This document shows, piece by piece, positions 19,438 through 29,573 of a stretch of 64,000 bases of DNA. The position numbers were made by a program, and so were the translations under genes. Within the stretch, counting starts at the first letter, position 1; every line of letters begins with the position of its first letter. Where the stretch lies: positions 32,001 through 96,000 of the forward strand of contig JAVJNR010000009.1 of assembly GCA_040217195.1 (NCBI GenBank). The letters are read 5' to 3'. The stretch comes from Leptospiraceae bacterium (lineage in GTDB: Bacteria; Spirochaetota; Leptospiria; Leptospirales; Leptonemataceae). The notes beneath the pieces were generated by a model. That model saw only the letters and a list, made by a program, of their open reading frames with translations. It was not told where the DNA came from and ran no database searches.

Positions 19438-20030
19438 TATCTCCGACAGCAGGCATGCGATAGTTTTCGAGAAGAGAACCACGAATGTGCAATCCGGACC
19501 ATCCAGGCCTTAATCGACTTCGAAAGCCTGTGCTTCGACTGGGCCAGCGAAATCAAACCAGCAGAAGCAAGACAACTGAATCCGCGATCCAGAGTATCTG
19601 ATAAGAAGTCCAGAGAACAGGAGCAGCTTTAGAACCAGTCATCAAATTCTTATCGCAATGATAATTTCTATCTCCATTGCTGTCGGGCTGCCCTGGCTGA
19701 GCGTAGTTTCTGCAAAGTCAGAGCCTTTGATTTCCGAACAGCAGAAAACCGATCTTCTCATATCCAACATCCATTTTGGTCCTGGCGTTAAACTGGGTCC
19801 AGAGTGAATTGGATTTCCTCCTTATTAGTCAGGCCGCTTCCGGATATACCGACCCGGATTGAGACATAAGATACATTATCGGAAGTAATGGCCCTCCAGG
19901 GTCGAGGCGCACCCCGGTGGCCAGGACAACTGGAAGCCCACCGAAAAAGATTCCGATTATCATAAAGGATTTCTATCCGTCCCATGAATTCGATACCTGC
20001 TCCATTTAGTAAGCATTAAGTGAAAATCAG

Positions 20031-21614
20031 ATGAGTATAAGTCAAAAAACTACCAGGGATGTAATGGCCCGTGGTTATCGAATTATCAATTACATCCGCC
20101 TGGGCCTGGCCTTTCTGTTTGGTGCAGCGGTGACTGCCAGCTGGCTGGGAAAATCCACCGGAATTATTATTCGCGCCGAGGCCGTGGGCACACTGGTCTA
20201 TCTATTGGTGGGTATTGGGGCTCTCATTGCAATGCGTGGAGGTCGCATCCCTCGAAAGTATTCACGGGTGGCTGTTTTTAGCGATATAACCGTTGTGGGT
20301 ATGATCTTTATCGTTAGCTGCCTGGATTCCAGGGAAACTGCATTCGATATTCTAAAGGACTCGTCGGTCTATGCGGTTTTCTTTATCATCCTGGGCTACT
20401 CGGCCCTGCTAGGATCCGCCCTGCTGACTGTCCTGCTGTCTGCATGGTCGGCCGCCCTGTTAACGGCGGCTCTGTTTGCTGCTAATCAATCCGGCCTAAT
20501 ATTCGGAGACACACAAATCTATAATGAATACACACTGGGTCTCGTAGATTTTGTAGTAATGGTGTCCTATCTGCCGGTGGTGGGTGGCATCGTCGCAGGT
20601 GTTCTCAGGCTCCAGAATGAAATCTCCGCCATTTCCGATGGTCATGCCAAATCCAACGCTGAGCTAGTTTCTTCTTTAACCGATCAGAAGCATGTTCTGG
20701 CCATGCATGCTCGGGAACTGGATAATGCTACAGTGCAATTCAAGTCCTTCATTGATGATACTACTCGAAGAATTGAAAGTCAGGCCGCCGCTCTGGAACA
20801 GGCCAATGCAGTGACCGAAGAGTTAACTGCCAGTGCTTCCCAGACCTCCAGTATCGTAGAGCGACAGAGTAATGGAATTGAGAAAATGGCTCAAGGAAGT
20901 ACGGAGCTAAATGCGCTGGTGAACGAAATCGGTGCTTCGAATCAGCAACTTACAGGCAGTGCATCGGATGCTGTGAAGAGCATGGATACAGTCCTGGCAT
21001 CGGTCCAGGGAACCAATACAATTCTGGGACGGCTGGAAGAAGCTTTTACAAATGTGAGTCAGATCACCGATGTAATGACTGAGATCGCAGATAAGACCAA
21101 CTTGCTTTCTTTAAATGCATCCATTGAGGCGGCCCGGGCCGGCGATGCAGGCCGGGGCTTTGCTGTGGTTGCCAATGAAGTAAGCAAGCTTGCAGATTTT
21201 ACAGGACAAAACGTGCGACAGATTGCCCAGATTGTAGGCGAATCTATGAGTACAATTGATGAAGCCAGAAAACAGGCGGATGAAGCGTCGCAACATGCTA
21301 GCTTCCAAAAAGAGCAGACGAATCGAACCAATGAGCAGGCTGAGAAAACATCTCAGCTACTATCGAGACAGGCAAGTATTCTAGAAGAATTAATCTCAGA
21401 GCTGGGCATTCAGCGAAATCGCGCAAGCGAGGTAATGAACAGTTCCAGAGAACAGATCGATGGACAGAAAGAGCTGGCCCGCACCATGGAAAGCCTTGAT
21501 AAAGAAATCTCAGAAATTAATGAAACCGCCAGAAGCCTGGCCGAAGGCATTGACAGGATTTCTTCGCAGGCTGCAGAACTGGCCCGACTGAGCGAAACAG
21601 ATATGGCGGCTTGA
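20031..21614 (+). CDS. methyl-accepting chemotaxis protein with multi-TM sensor
   Basis: [33 protein letters not shown] hairpin; several N-terminal TMs. Confidence 0.93.
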   Translation: MSISQKTTRDVMARGYRIINYIRLGLAFLFGAAVTASWLGKSTGIIIRAEAVGTLVYLLVGIGALIAMRGGRIPRKYSRVAVFSDITVVGMIFIVSCLDSRETAFDILKDSSVYAVFFIILGYSALLGSALLTVLLSAWSAALLTAALFAANQSGLIFGDTQIYNEYTLGLVDFVVMVSYLPVVGGIVAGVLRLQNEISAISDGHAKSNAELVSSLTDQKHVLAMHARELDNATVQFKSFIDDTTRRIESQAAALEQANAVTEELTASASQTSSIVERQSNGIEKMAQGSTELNALVNEIGASNQQLTGSASDAVKSMDTVLASVQGTNTILGRLEEAFTNVSQITDVMTEIADKTNLLSLNASIEAARAGDAGRGFAVVANEVSKLADFTGQNVRQIAQIVGESMSTIDEARKQADEASQHASFQKEQTNRTNEQAEKTSQLLSRQASILEELISELGIQRNRASEVMNSSREQIDGQKELARTMESLDKEISEINETARSLAEGIDRISSQAAELARLSETDMAA

Positions 21615-21751
21615 TTTCTATCTAAAAGTAATCCAGAATCAGTATTACAGATATTTCGCTGTAAACCCTGCCAGGATCGATTACTACTTGCATGTCTGGC
21701 CTTCCCCTGTAGTAATTGGAGATTGTTGCCAGCTAAATATCAGGAAGTTCT

Positions 21752-23914
21752 ATGCCAGTTGTTGATGTAATCCCGGGAGTTAAAATTTATGAGGGAGAAC
21801 ATTTCTCTGTGCTCTTTGGTTGCCCTCCGGAGATTATCAAACATCTGATGATCAAGCAGATACCTTTTCCTGATCTAATCATAATTCCAGATACCCTTCA
21901 TCGCAATGGCACCCTGCAAAACAGTACGGAGTTTCCGCTCTATAATTTCCTGTTTCTGATGGGCAATTTCCAGAAAGGGGTGAAGCTAAATATTGGAGGC
22001 AATAAAAGACAGGTAAAAAATAATCGCCAGCTATTACAGCTTTCGCTGCTGGGGCCCAGCGTAAAGGAGTACAATGCCATCGGAGCCAGCAAGTACTACC
22101 AGAGGCTTTATAAAGAGTCCAGGCATATCGCCATCAAGGACCCGGAAGGAAAAGAGATTAGCATTGATGGATTTGTAGACTTTTCCTTCTTTAAGGATGA
22201 TGTTCTAGAGGTCTCGTTAAACGGCCGTGCCTGCGAGATTCGTCACAGAGATAAGAATGTCTATGAAATAGGCGGAGAGATTATTGATATTAACTTTACC
22301 GAGCGTCAGCCACTGGCCTATGATCTAAAGCCCAGCTATACTCCGAGGACTCCCTTTCGTTTTGGCATAGATGTGCTTGGAGGAGGATCCGGATTCACTC
22401 CGGGGAAGCCCTGCTCTGCTTTGCTGCTGAACTACAATTCCAACTATATGCTAATCGACTGTCCTCCCTACCTGGAGGATACTCTGAATGCCAGAGGCAT
22501 TTCCTGTCAGCAGATTAATGCAATCTACATGTCTCACATACACGATGATCATTGCAATATGTTTCCGCTGCTGCAGTTCAACAATAAGATTCAGTTTCTG
22601 GGCACCCGGGAAATCTACTGGATGGCTCTGCAAAAGCTATCTTTACAGACGGAGCTGAGCATTGATGATCTATACAGTTTTTTTGATTTCTTCGAACTGG
22701 AGCCCTATCAAGAAAATGATTTTTATGGCATGCAGGTAATCCCGCATTATACCGTGCATTCCATCCCGACCGCTGGAGCTACATTCGTAATGAAGTCCGA
22801 CGGTCGTCAGAATCGCATAGTATTTGTGGGAGATAATAAGTCCCTGGATGACATCAAGCAGATGAAAGACGATGGAGTGGTGGCTCCGGACAAATATGAG
22901 CATATTCTATCTCTGTATCACAGTCCCTATGATTTGATTTTTCCGGACGGAGGAAAAGGGATATTGCATGGAGATCCAAAGGATTCCATCGCCTCCAGTT
23001 CAGAGAAGATTGTTTTTATGCATCTGGAGAACCTCCCTGCAGAGTTCGATGCAACCTTCTCTATGGCACGGGCCGGAAAACGTTATCCTGTGATCGATGA
23101 TCAATACCATGCCAGCCAGGCATTGCTTGTAAAGGCCATGCTTGTACTTCAGAATCATTTCAAAGGAGTGTCAGAAGAATGGGCCACGGCTCTAATGAAT
23201 GAGATTCGAATCCAGCAATATAACTCCGGCGATGTGATTATGAAACAGGGTGAGGAAAATAAAGGACTGATCTTCATTATCCTTACCGGAAAATGCAGCG
23301 TAATGTTTCATGACGGTAAGTCCCTTCTGGAAGTGGCCATAAAGGAGGCAGGTGATATTATAGGTGAAATGGCTGCCGTAAACCAGCAATCCGAACGAAG
23401 CGCCTCTATTGTGGCCCGGACTCCGGTAACACTTTGCGCCATAGATGAAAGAACCTGGTATTCCTTTCTTGTTGCAGAAAATCGAATCGGCGAAATGCAA
23501 AGTATGTGGCAGAATCGTTCCGATCTGGAAAAGAGCCATCCATTCAAGGAATTCTCAGACTATGTAAACGATAAGCTGGCCCGGGTAGGACGTAGACGGG
23601 AGGTAAAAGAAGGAGAAACGATTATCAAGCAGGGTAGCCAGGACAATCAATTCTACATTATTTTGCAGGGTACATTTCAGGTGGAGCATGGTTCCATTAA
23701 GGTAAAAGAACTCAAGCCCGGAGACCTGTTCGGTGAACATGCCAGTCTGGCTCACCGAATACGAAACTCCACAATTCGTGCCAATTCAGAAGGGGTTATC
23801 CTGGAAGTACAGCGCAAGGACATTGAAGTGATTGTTTCCAGTACTCCGGTTCTTAACTTCCATATTCTGGAGTTAATGAAAGAAAGAGACAGGGAGCTTG
23901 CAAAACTATCCTGA
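21752..23914 (+). CDS. MBL-fold cyclic-nucleotide phosphodiesterase-like protein with two cNMP-binding domains
   Basis: SHIHDDH MBL motif, HSIPT; two CAP-type cassettes (IIGEMAA..RSASIVA; LFGEHAS..RNSTIRA). Confidence 0.8.
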   Translation: MPVVDVIPGVKIYEGEHFSVLFGCPPEIIKHLMIKQIPFPDLIIIPDTLHRNGTLQNSTEFPLYNFLFLMGNFQKGVKLNIGGNKRQVKNNRQLLQLSLLGPSVKEYNAIGASKYYQRLYKESRHIAIKDPEGKEISIDGFVDFSFFKDDVLEVSLNGRACEIRHRDKNVYEIGGEIIDINFTERQPLAYDLKPSYTPRTPFRFGIDVLGGGSGFTPGKPCSALLLNYNSNYMLIDCPPYLEDTLNARGISCQQINAIYMSHIHDDHCNMFPLLQFNNKIQFLGTREIYWMALQKLSLQTELSIDDLYSFFDFFELEPYQENDFYGMQVIPHYTVHSIPTAGATFVMKSDGRQNRIVFVGDNKSLDDIKQMKDDGVVAPDKYEHILSLYHSPYDLIFPDGGKGILHGDPKDSIASSSEKIVFMHLENLPAEFDATFSMARAGKRYPVIDDQYHASQALLVKAMLVLQNHFKGVSEEWATALMNEIRIQQYNSGDVIMKQGEENKGLIFIILTGKCSVMFHDGKSLLEVAIKEAGDIIGEMAAVNQQSERSASIVARTPVTLCAIDERTWYSFLVAENRIGEMQSMWQNRSDLEKSHPFKEFSDYVNDKLARVGRRREVKEGETIIKQGSQDNQFYIILQGTFQVEHGSIKVKELKPGDLFGEHASLAHRIRNSTIRANSEGVILEVQRKDIEVIVSSTPVLNFHILELMKERDRELAKLS

Positions 23915-25732
23915 TTCTTCGCTTTCTGGATCGTCCTCTTCCAGAGCAAGAGGCTCCAGGCGATAGGCGATTTCAACACAGGTGCCCCGGTCAGCACGTC
24001 TTGACATGGTGATCCGGGCCTGCTGGAAATTTTCCTGGAGTCTTCTTTCCACACCGCCGATGGAGGAAACGTAGTTGCTGTTCTGGTCAATTCCTCGGCC
24101 ATTGTCCAGAACCTGGATTCTTACCTCCTCATCCTGTACGTGTGCTAGTACCTGGATAATTCCATTACTTGTGTAATCCCTTAATCCGTGCTGATAAGCG
24201 TTCTCGATAATTGGCTGGATTGTAAGAGGAGGTATAAAAACCCCGCTAAAATCGCCGTGCCGTTCCATTTCAATGCGAAGATGATCTTCAAAGCGAAATT
24301 GAACCAGCTGACAGTAGCGACGAGAAAATTCCCATTCCTGATCAAATAGAACCAGTCGTCGTTCCATATCGTTGATTAAATACCGGTAATGGGATGCCAG
24401 CATCATGATCGCATCCCCTGCTCTGGGATTTCCTCGTTCGATATAGGAGTGAATCAGATTCAAAGAATTGAAAAGAAAGTGTGGAGCCATCCTTTCTTGA
24501 AGTGTGCGATAGCGATTCTCAGCTACGCTCCTTCCGGATTGATACTTTTGCTCCTGACTTTTTTCCTGAGCCATTCGCAGCTGATTTATCTGCGTCATCA
24601 CAATGACGGCCAGGCCCACCTGAAAGACCAGAAATGTCCATCTGCCTGAAAATGCATTCTCGCCCCAGAGCCCAAAAACAACTCCCAGGTATTCAAACAA
24701 GGCTGAAAGGAAAAATGGCAGCATGGCAAAAAGCAAAATCCATCCCTTGCGGATTCCTCGGAAGATCCAGCCAATGGCGGCCACCATAACTCCCAGAACA
24801 ATAATTGGAGAGGTGGCTCCGGAGTATGCGGCGGCCCAGCCAGCAATATGCATCCCTCCTGCTGTCCAGTTATGACCCAGACTTAGCGCCGCGGCTACAA
24901 ACAATACATAAGAAATCCATCGAATGGATTTAGAATCGAAAATGGATGAAACTAGCCGGGTAAACACTGGAGGAAACATTGCACACCCCACCGAAAACAA
25001 CGCCAGACGAATCAAAGCATTCGGAGCGATGAGCTGTGATATCGATGAAGTACTCAATTGATAGAGAGACATGTTTAGCAGTAGTAGCGACAGATAGAGC
25101 ATCCCCGGCTTTCGCATGGGGGGCCAGAAGAAGAACAATGCCATTCCAGTGATAGAGAGCGCCAGACTGATGGACATGATTCCCAGGTCATCTATTTCGG
25201 ATCTAAAAACATGCTCCAGGACTTCCGATGCAGATCCAATGATCATTGGATCCAGAGGCCCGGCTCTTGCGAAGGAAGGGATGGATCCCAGCTGGAAGCA
25301 AACCGTAATCTCTACACCCCTGTCTGGCAATGGGATAAGATTCCATTCAATGCCCCGGAAGCGGCCCTCTTCCGACGGTGTTTGCCAGACCTGTTCTCCG
25401 TCCAGGTAGACAGTAGCAAGATCATAATAACGACCTAGCCAGAGAGTTGGGTTTCTGGCACCTGATTCCGGTGCGTACCATTGAAAAAGCAATGCCCTGG
25501 AATCGGCAGGTATGTCTGAAATACTGCGAAAGGGAAGGAATCGACTTTTAACTGTCTCCGGTGGTACGACTCTGAGAGACTCCGGGCAATTGGATATCTG
25601 ACGAAAGAACAGGGAATGGTCACTGGCCCTGCGTACCCTGGGCGATGTATTCGAATCACCACATTGAATCGTAAAGAGCGAAATGACAATTGCACTTGTC
25701 ATCAGAGCTGATTTCTTTAGTGTGCTCTGCAT
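23906..25732 (-). CDS. LytS/YehU-type sensor histidine kinase with 7TM-DISM-like input
   Basis: LQERMAPHFLFNSLN, PPLTIQPIIENAYQHG, DNGRGI; about 7 TMs. Confidence 0.88.
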   Translation of the reverse strand: MQSTLKKSALMTSAIVISLFTIQCGDSNTSPRVRRASDHSLFFRQISNCPESLRVVPPETVKSRFLPFRSISDIPADSRALLFQWYAPESGARNPTLWLGRYYDLATVYLDGEQVWQTPSEEGRFRGIEWNLIPLPDRGVEITVCFQLGSIPSFARAGPLDPMIIGSASEVLEHVFRSEIDDLGIMSISLALSITGMALFFFWPPMRKPGMLYLSLLLLNMSLYQLSTSSISQLIAPNALIRLALFSVGCAMFPPVFTRLVSSIFDSKSIRWISYVLFVAAALSLGHNWTAGGMHIAGWAAAYSGATSPIIVLGVMVAAIGWIFRGIRKGWILLFAMLPFFLSALFEYLGVVFGLWGENAFSGRWTFLVFQVGLAVIVMTQINQLRMAQEKSQEQKYQSGRSVAENRYRTLQERMAPHFLFNSLNLIHSYIERGNPRAGDAIMMLASHYRYLINDMERRLVLFDQEWEFSRRYCQLVQFRFEDHLRIEMERHGDFSGVFIPPLTIQPIIENAYQHGLRDYTSNGIIQVLAHVQDEEVRIQVLDNGRGIDQNSNYVSSIGGVERRLQENFQQARITMSRRADRGTCVEIAYRLEPLALEEDDPESEESG

Positions 25733-25788
25733 ACGGATGCTTTGGACCGGTGGTTTGAGTAGAGCAATGAATGCCAGGAACACATGAA

Positions 25789-26601
25789 ATGAAGCAATTT
25801 CGAATTCTATCATTATTTATTTTTATTTGCTTTTTCCTGCCCGGATCGCTGGCAGCCGAGGCAATCTATCTAAGAAATGGGCAGGTGATTTACGGACAGA
25901 TTGTAAATCAAAACACAACCCAGGTTCGTATCCTGACCAAAGAGGGGATGCGAGTCATTCCCAAATCCACAATTGGCCGGATCGATTATGGAGCTACCGA
26001 ACCGAAGCCAGAACCAAAACCGGAACCAAAGCCTGAGCCTAAGCCAGAACCCAGACCAGAGCCAAAACCCGAACCGAAACCAGAACCCAGGCCGGAACCA
26101 AAACCGGAGCCCAGGCCAGAGCCAAAACCGGAACCGGCCTCTAAGCCCACTCTGCTGGGGGCCATGTGGCGAAGTGCTCTACTCCCGGGCTGGGGCCAGT
26201 ATTATCAGGGTCGAACTCAGGCCGCTTATATCTATGGGGGCAGTTTTCTGGCTCTGGCAGGTACCACCGGCATACTTTACCGGGAATTTGAAGTGCAACG
26301 TACTCAATATAACGATGCTGCCACGGATTTCATAAACTATTCACCGCTTGTCGTGAACTATGACTCCGCCGCCGCTCTTGGGCTAGTTACGATTCTATCA
26401 TTGAATAAGCTGGAAGCAACCAGAACCCAGGCAGATCAACTGGCCACCTATGCAAATGTAGGCGCTACGCTTACCCTTGCATTGTATGCCTGGAATTTAA
26501 CGGATCTCTGGCTCTATGAACCTGGAAAGGGTATGCTAACCACTGTTTCGCCCACTCCGGCAGGGGATGGGCTACGACTGGGTTTTCATGTTCGCTTCTG
26601 A
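25789..26601 (+). CDS. secreted/outer-membrane protein with LA_0442-like N-terminal domain, EPKP linker and DUF5683-like C-terminus
   Basis: Signal peptide, [16 protein letters not shown], (EP[KR]P)x11, [14 protein letters not shown]-terminal Phe. Confidence 0.75.
   Translation: MKQFRILSLFIFICFFLPGSLAAEAIYLRNGQVIYGQIVNQNTTQVRILTKEGMRVIPKSTIGRIDYGATEPKPEPKPEPKPEPKPEPRPEPKPEPKPEPRPEPKPEPRPEPKPEPASKPTLLGAMWRSALLPGWGQYYQGRTQAAYIYGGSFLALAGTTGILYREFEVQRTQYNDAATDFINYSPLVVNYDSAAALGLVTILSLNKLEATRTQADQLATYANVGATLTLALYAWNLTDLWLYEPGKGMLTTVSPTPAGDGLRLGFHVRF
25999..26136 (+). repeat. coding 12-bp tandem repeat, (EP[K/R]P)x11
   Basis: Degenerate GARCCNARRCCN units with varied synonymous codons. Confidence 0.9.
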
Positions 26602-26602
26602 A

Positions 26603-28336
26603 CTAAGGGCCGGCCCCAGTAGTTGCCTTTTCAGATTCCGGCCGGTAGATTTCTGCCAGGGTTAGAAAGCGAAAGAAGCTTGATACTTCTTCGGTTTGCA
26701 CCGACTCCACAGTTCCCAGCCATTGCATGCATTCGAACAGAGTCCAGCCTCGAAGCAGTCGAACCAGCAATGCAGCTTCAAAGGACTTCAATTCGCGAAG
26801 ACTGATTGGACCGGACGGACTGCGAAAAATAATCAGCGGCACTTTCTTTTCTTCCTCCGGGTCAAAATCCGACTTTTGTTCTTTCCATGCTTTCCAGCGA
26901 ACAATGGCTGAATGGGAGACGGACAGAAGGGCAATATTTCTGCTAATACCCACCCCTTTTTCTTGATAGAGTTGAGCCTGAATCCATCCACCTCCAGGCC
27001 TCTGACCGTGGAAGAATCTGTTCTGTAAAAAACAAAGACGGGCTATATCGCTGGCCACAGTATCCCTGCCTTTTAGAAAGGCAGACATGTTATGCCCGTA
27101 ATCGGATAGATTGTAATGCTTCGGTGGATGAGTCTGAATGTACTCTTGAAACCAGTTTAGACAGGAATCATTAATGTCCAGCAGAGGGGCATAGAGTTCC
27201 TCCAGGGCTTCCATCAGCCGGCTTAAGATAGAATCCCTGTAGACATTCATACTCTGCAATGCATTCAGTCCTGGTTGGCCAGCACCCTTCAAGGAATCGT
27301 GAACATCCATTGGTAGCTTTCCTTTGAACAGAGATTCAATGAATCTTTGTTGATCACCGGCCACTTCGCCTGGTTCTCTGTCCGGCAGTGCTTTGGTCAG
27401 GGCCGTGGCCGAATGGATGTTTCTTTCTGGATGCAAAGTCGCGGATGGATTATCTATACTGGCCGGTACCCGGGCAAGTTCCATCAGCTCCATTTCCAGT
27501 TCCGGAAGATCCGGAATGTCCTGATCTCGTTCCAGAAGCAATGGCCTGGGTCCAATGATCTCCAGGGCTCGGGCATACAGGTTTCGCACTTCTGAAGACA
27601 CAGCCTGACCATGAGTGTCGAATCGAATATGTTCCAGGACTTCATGACCGGCTATGTGATACTGCCACACCGATTCCGGACGGATGCCCAGTATGAAATT
27701 CTCGCTATTCATTTCATGATTATGCGCATTCACGGCCACATTATTTATGTCCAGAAGTATTCCGCAACCGGTGCGCTGGCTTACTTCATTTAGAAACTCC
27801 CACTCCTGCATTTCGGAATTGGCCCAGGAAACATAACTGGATACATTTTCCAGCGCGATGCTTCTTCCCAGAAAGCTCTGAACAAAATCCACATTTTCGC
27901 ACAACCGTTTCAACCAGGGCTCACTGTATGAAACAGGAAGCAAATCATGGCTCTGTAGAGCAGGAGTTCTGGTCCAGCAAAGATGATCGCTTACGATGAA
28001 TGGCTCAATCTCCTCGATCAGTAATCTCCATCGTTTCAGGTAATTTTGCATGCTTTCCGGGGATGTCTGGGCGTTTTGCGCCAGGGGGAATAGTTCTGCA
28101 GAGGCGATGGAAAGACTGACTCCATGAAGGGCCACCGGATAATTCCGGCGAACCTGGCGAAGCATGTGTCTGGGCCGACCCAGACTATCCAGGTAGTTTT
28201 CCGTAATGGCTTCAAACCAGGTGGTCTGAACCGGAAGGCCCTGCCTTAGATGCTCGTAGTGCTCCCTGCGAAGTCCCAGTCCCGGGGCATCCATTTCAGG
28301 CGCAGCAGGCCTGACTGTCTCATTACTGGGTTTCAT
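26603..28336 (-). CDS. MNIO (DUF692) RiPP maturase fused to a DUF2063 partner domain
   Basis: GLGLR, ENYL, HGVSLS, SDHLCW, HDLLP, LENVS, LLDINN, HIAGH, DTHG, LERD, followed by DUF2063-like VYRDSILSRLMEALEELY..YIQTHPP..LSDYG. Confidence 0.9.
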   Translation of the reverse strand: MKPSNETVRPAAPEMDAPGLGLRREHYEHLRQGLPVQTTWFEAITENYLDSLGRPRHMLRQVRRNYPVALHGVSLSIASAELFPLAQNAQTSPESMQNYLKRWRLLIEEIEPFIVSDHLCWTRTPALQSHDLLPVSYSEPWLKRLCENVDFVQSFLGRSIALENVSSYVSWANSEMQEWEFLNEVSQRTGCGILLDINNVAVNAHNHEMNSENFILGIRPESVWQYHIAGHEVLEHIRFDTHGQAVSSEVRNLYARALEIIGPRPLLLERDQDIPDLPELEMELMELARVPASIDNPSATLHPERNIHSATALTKALPDREPGEVAGDQQRFIESLFKGKLPMDVHDSLKGAGQPGLNALQSMNVYRDSILSRLMEALEELYAPLLDINDSCLNWFQEYIQTHPPKHYNLSDYGHNMSAFLKGRDTVASDIARLCFLQNRFFHGQRPGGGWIQAQLYQEKGVGISRNIALLSVSHSAIVRWKAWKEQKSDFDPEEEKKVPLIIFRSPSGPISLRELKSFEAALLVRLLRGWTLFECMQWLGTVESVQTEEVSSFFRFLTLAEIYRPESEKATTGAGP

Positions 28337-28444
28337 CTGGCGTTTTTTTCAGTCCCATGGCTGCATTCCCGGCCCATTCACCGGTTCTACCGGGCCTGGA
28401 GTGCCCCGGATACGGACAGCAAATTCCAGAAATTCTGGACCGCT

Positions 28445-28519
28445 CTAACCAGAGCAGCACATTCCAGAATCGGTTCCAGAGACGAATTTGACAACAATTC
28501 TGATTAAAAACCGAGACAT
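28445..28519 (-). CDS. candidate small ORF MSRFLIRIVVKFVSGTDSGMCCSG (possible MNIO precursor)
   Basis: Manually translated ATG..TAG, co-oriented and about 110 bp upstream of the MNIO; weak RBS; could be chance. Confidence 0.2.
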   Translation of the reverse strand: MSRFLIRIVVKFVSGTDSGMCCSG

Positions 28520-28589
28520 AATTCTTTTGACACCGAATGCATGGAAGGCACCCTGTCCTCCCTTGGAGTCCAGGACTGCAAATCCTACT

Positions 28590-29573
28590 GTGCGATTTAT
28601 TGACCTTTTCGCGGGCATCGGTGGTTTCCGCCTGGCCCTGGAATCGGCCGGGGGTCGATGCGTATTTTCTTCGGAGATTGATTCCTTCAGCCGACGTACC
28701 TACCAGGCGAACTTTGGCGATGAACCGGCAGGCGATATTAAAGAGGTGTCGGCTTCTGAAATCCCGGACCATGAAATCCTGGTAGGCGGTTTTCCCTGCC
28801 AGCCATTTTCCATTGCCGGTGTATCCAAAAAAGGATCCCTGGGACGAGACCATGGGTTCAAAGATTTAACCCAGGGAACGTTGTTCTTTGATATCGCTCG
28901 TATCCTTACAGAGAAAAAGCCTTCGGCCATACTTCTGGAAAATGTTAAGAACCTTAAATCCCATGACCAGGGTCGGACTTTCTCAATTATTCTGAGCACT
29001 TTGCAGGAACTGGGATACACAGTGTTTCATTCCGTGCTGGATGGAAGATACTATGTTCCTCAGCACAGAGAAAGAATCTACATCGTAGGGTTTCACAGAG
29101 ATTCATTTGAAAAACCGCCATTCTTTCGCTTCCCTCAACCTTCAGCCAGTCCACCACCCCTGGGGTCTATTCTGGAGCCGGAGGATGCCATTGAAGATCG
29201 GTACACTATTTCGGATAAACTCTGGCAATGGCATCAGGACTATGCTGTAAAACATAAGGCTCAGGGAAATGGATTTGGATTTGGTCTGGTGGGACCGGAA
29301 GATACAACGCGTACCCTGAGTGCCAGGTATTACAAGGATGGAGCTGAGATCCTCGTGCGTCAGAACGCAAAGAATCCCCGGAAGCTAACTCCCAGGGAAT
29401 GTGCCCGACTTATGGGATTTCCTGACAGTTTCCAGATCCCGGTATCCGATACCCAGGCGTACCGGCAATTCGGTAACTCTGTAGTGGTCCCTCTGGTCAC
29501 CGAGATTGCATCCGAGTTAATGATTTACGTATCCAATGTTGCTTCCTTTTCAGAACCTGCCAGGGCGCTTTGA
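28590..29573 (+). CDS. dcm: DNA (cytosine-5)-methyltransferase, Dcm/M.EcoRII-like
   Basis: FIDLFAGIGGF, GFPCQPFS, ENVKNL, PQHRER, TLSARYYKDG TRD, YRQFGNSV; start uncertain (GTG 28590 or TTG 28563). Confidence 0.92.
   Translation: MRFIDLFAGIGGFRLALESAGGRCVFSSEIDSFSRRTYQANFGDEPAGDIKEVSASEIPDHEILVGGFPCQPFSIAGVSKKGSLGRDHGFKDLTQGTLFFDIARILTEKKPSAILLENVKNLKSHDQGRTFSIILSTLQELGYTVFHSVLDGRYYVPQHRERIYIVGFHRDSFEKPPFFRFPQPSASPPPLGSILEPEDAIEDRYTISDKLWQWHQDYAVKHKAQGNGFGFGLVGPEDTTRTLSARYYKDGAEILVRQNAKNPRKLTPRECARLMGFPDSFQIPVSDTQAYRQFGNSVVVPLVTEIASELMIYVSNVASFSEPARAL

Noticed and set aside
19960..19990. Sigma-28 promoter for the MCP
   Set aside because: TAAA is present but no GCCGATAA-like element at the right spacing
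28323..28853. 176-aa Cys-rich minus-strand ORF as the MNIO precursor
   Set aside because: Its 5' half is antisense to conserved dcm motifs; no signal or leader; likely a shadow ORF
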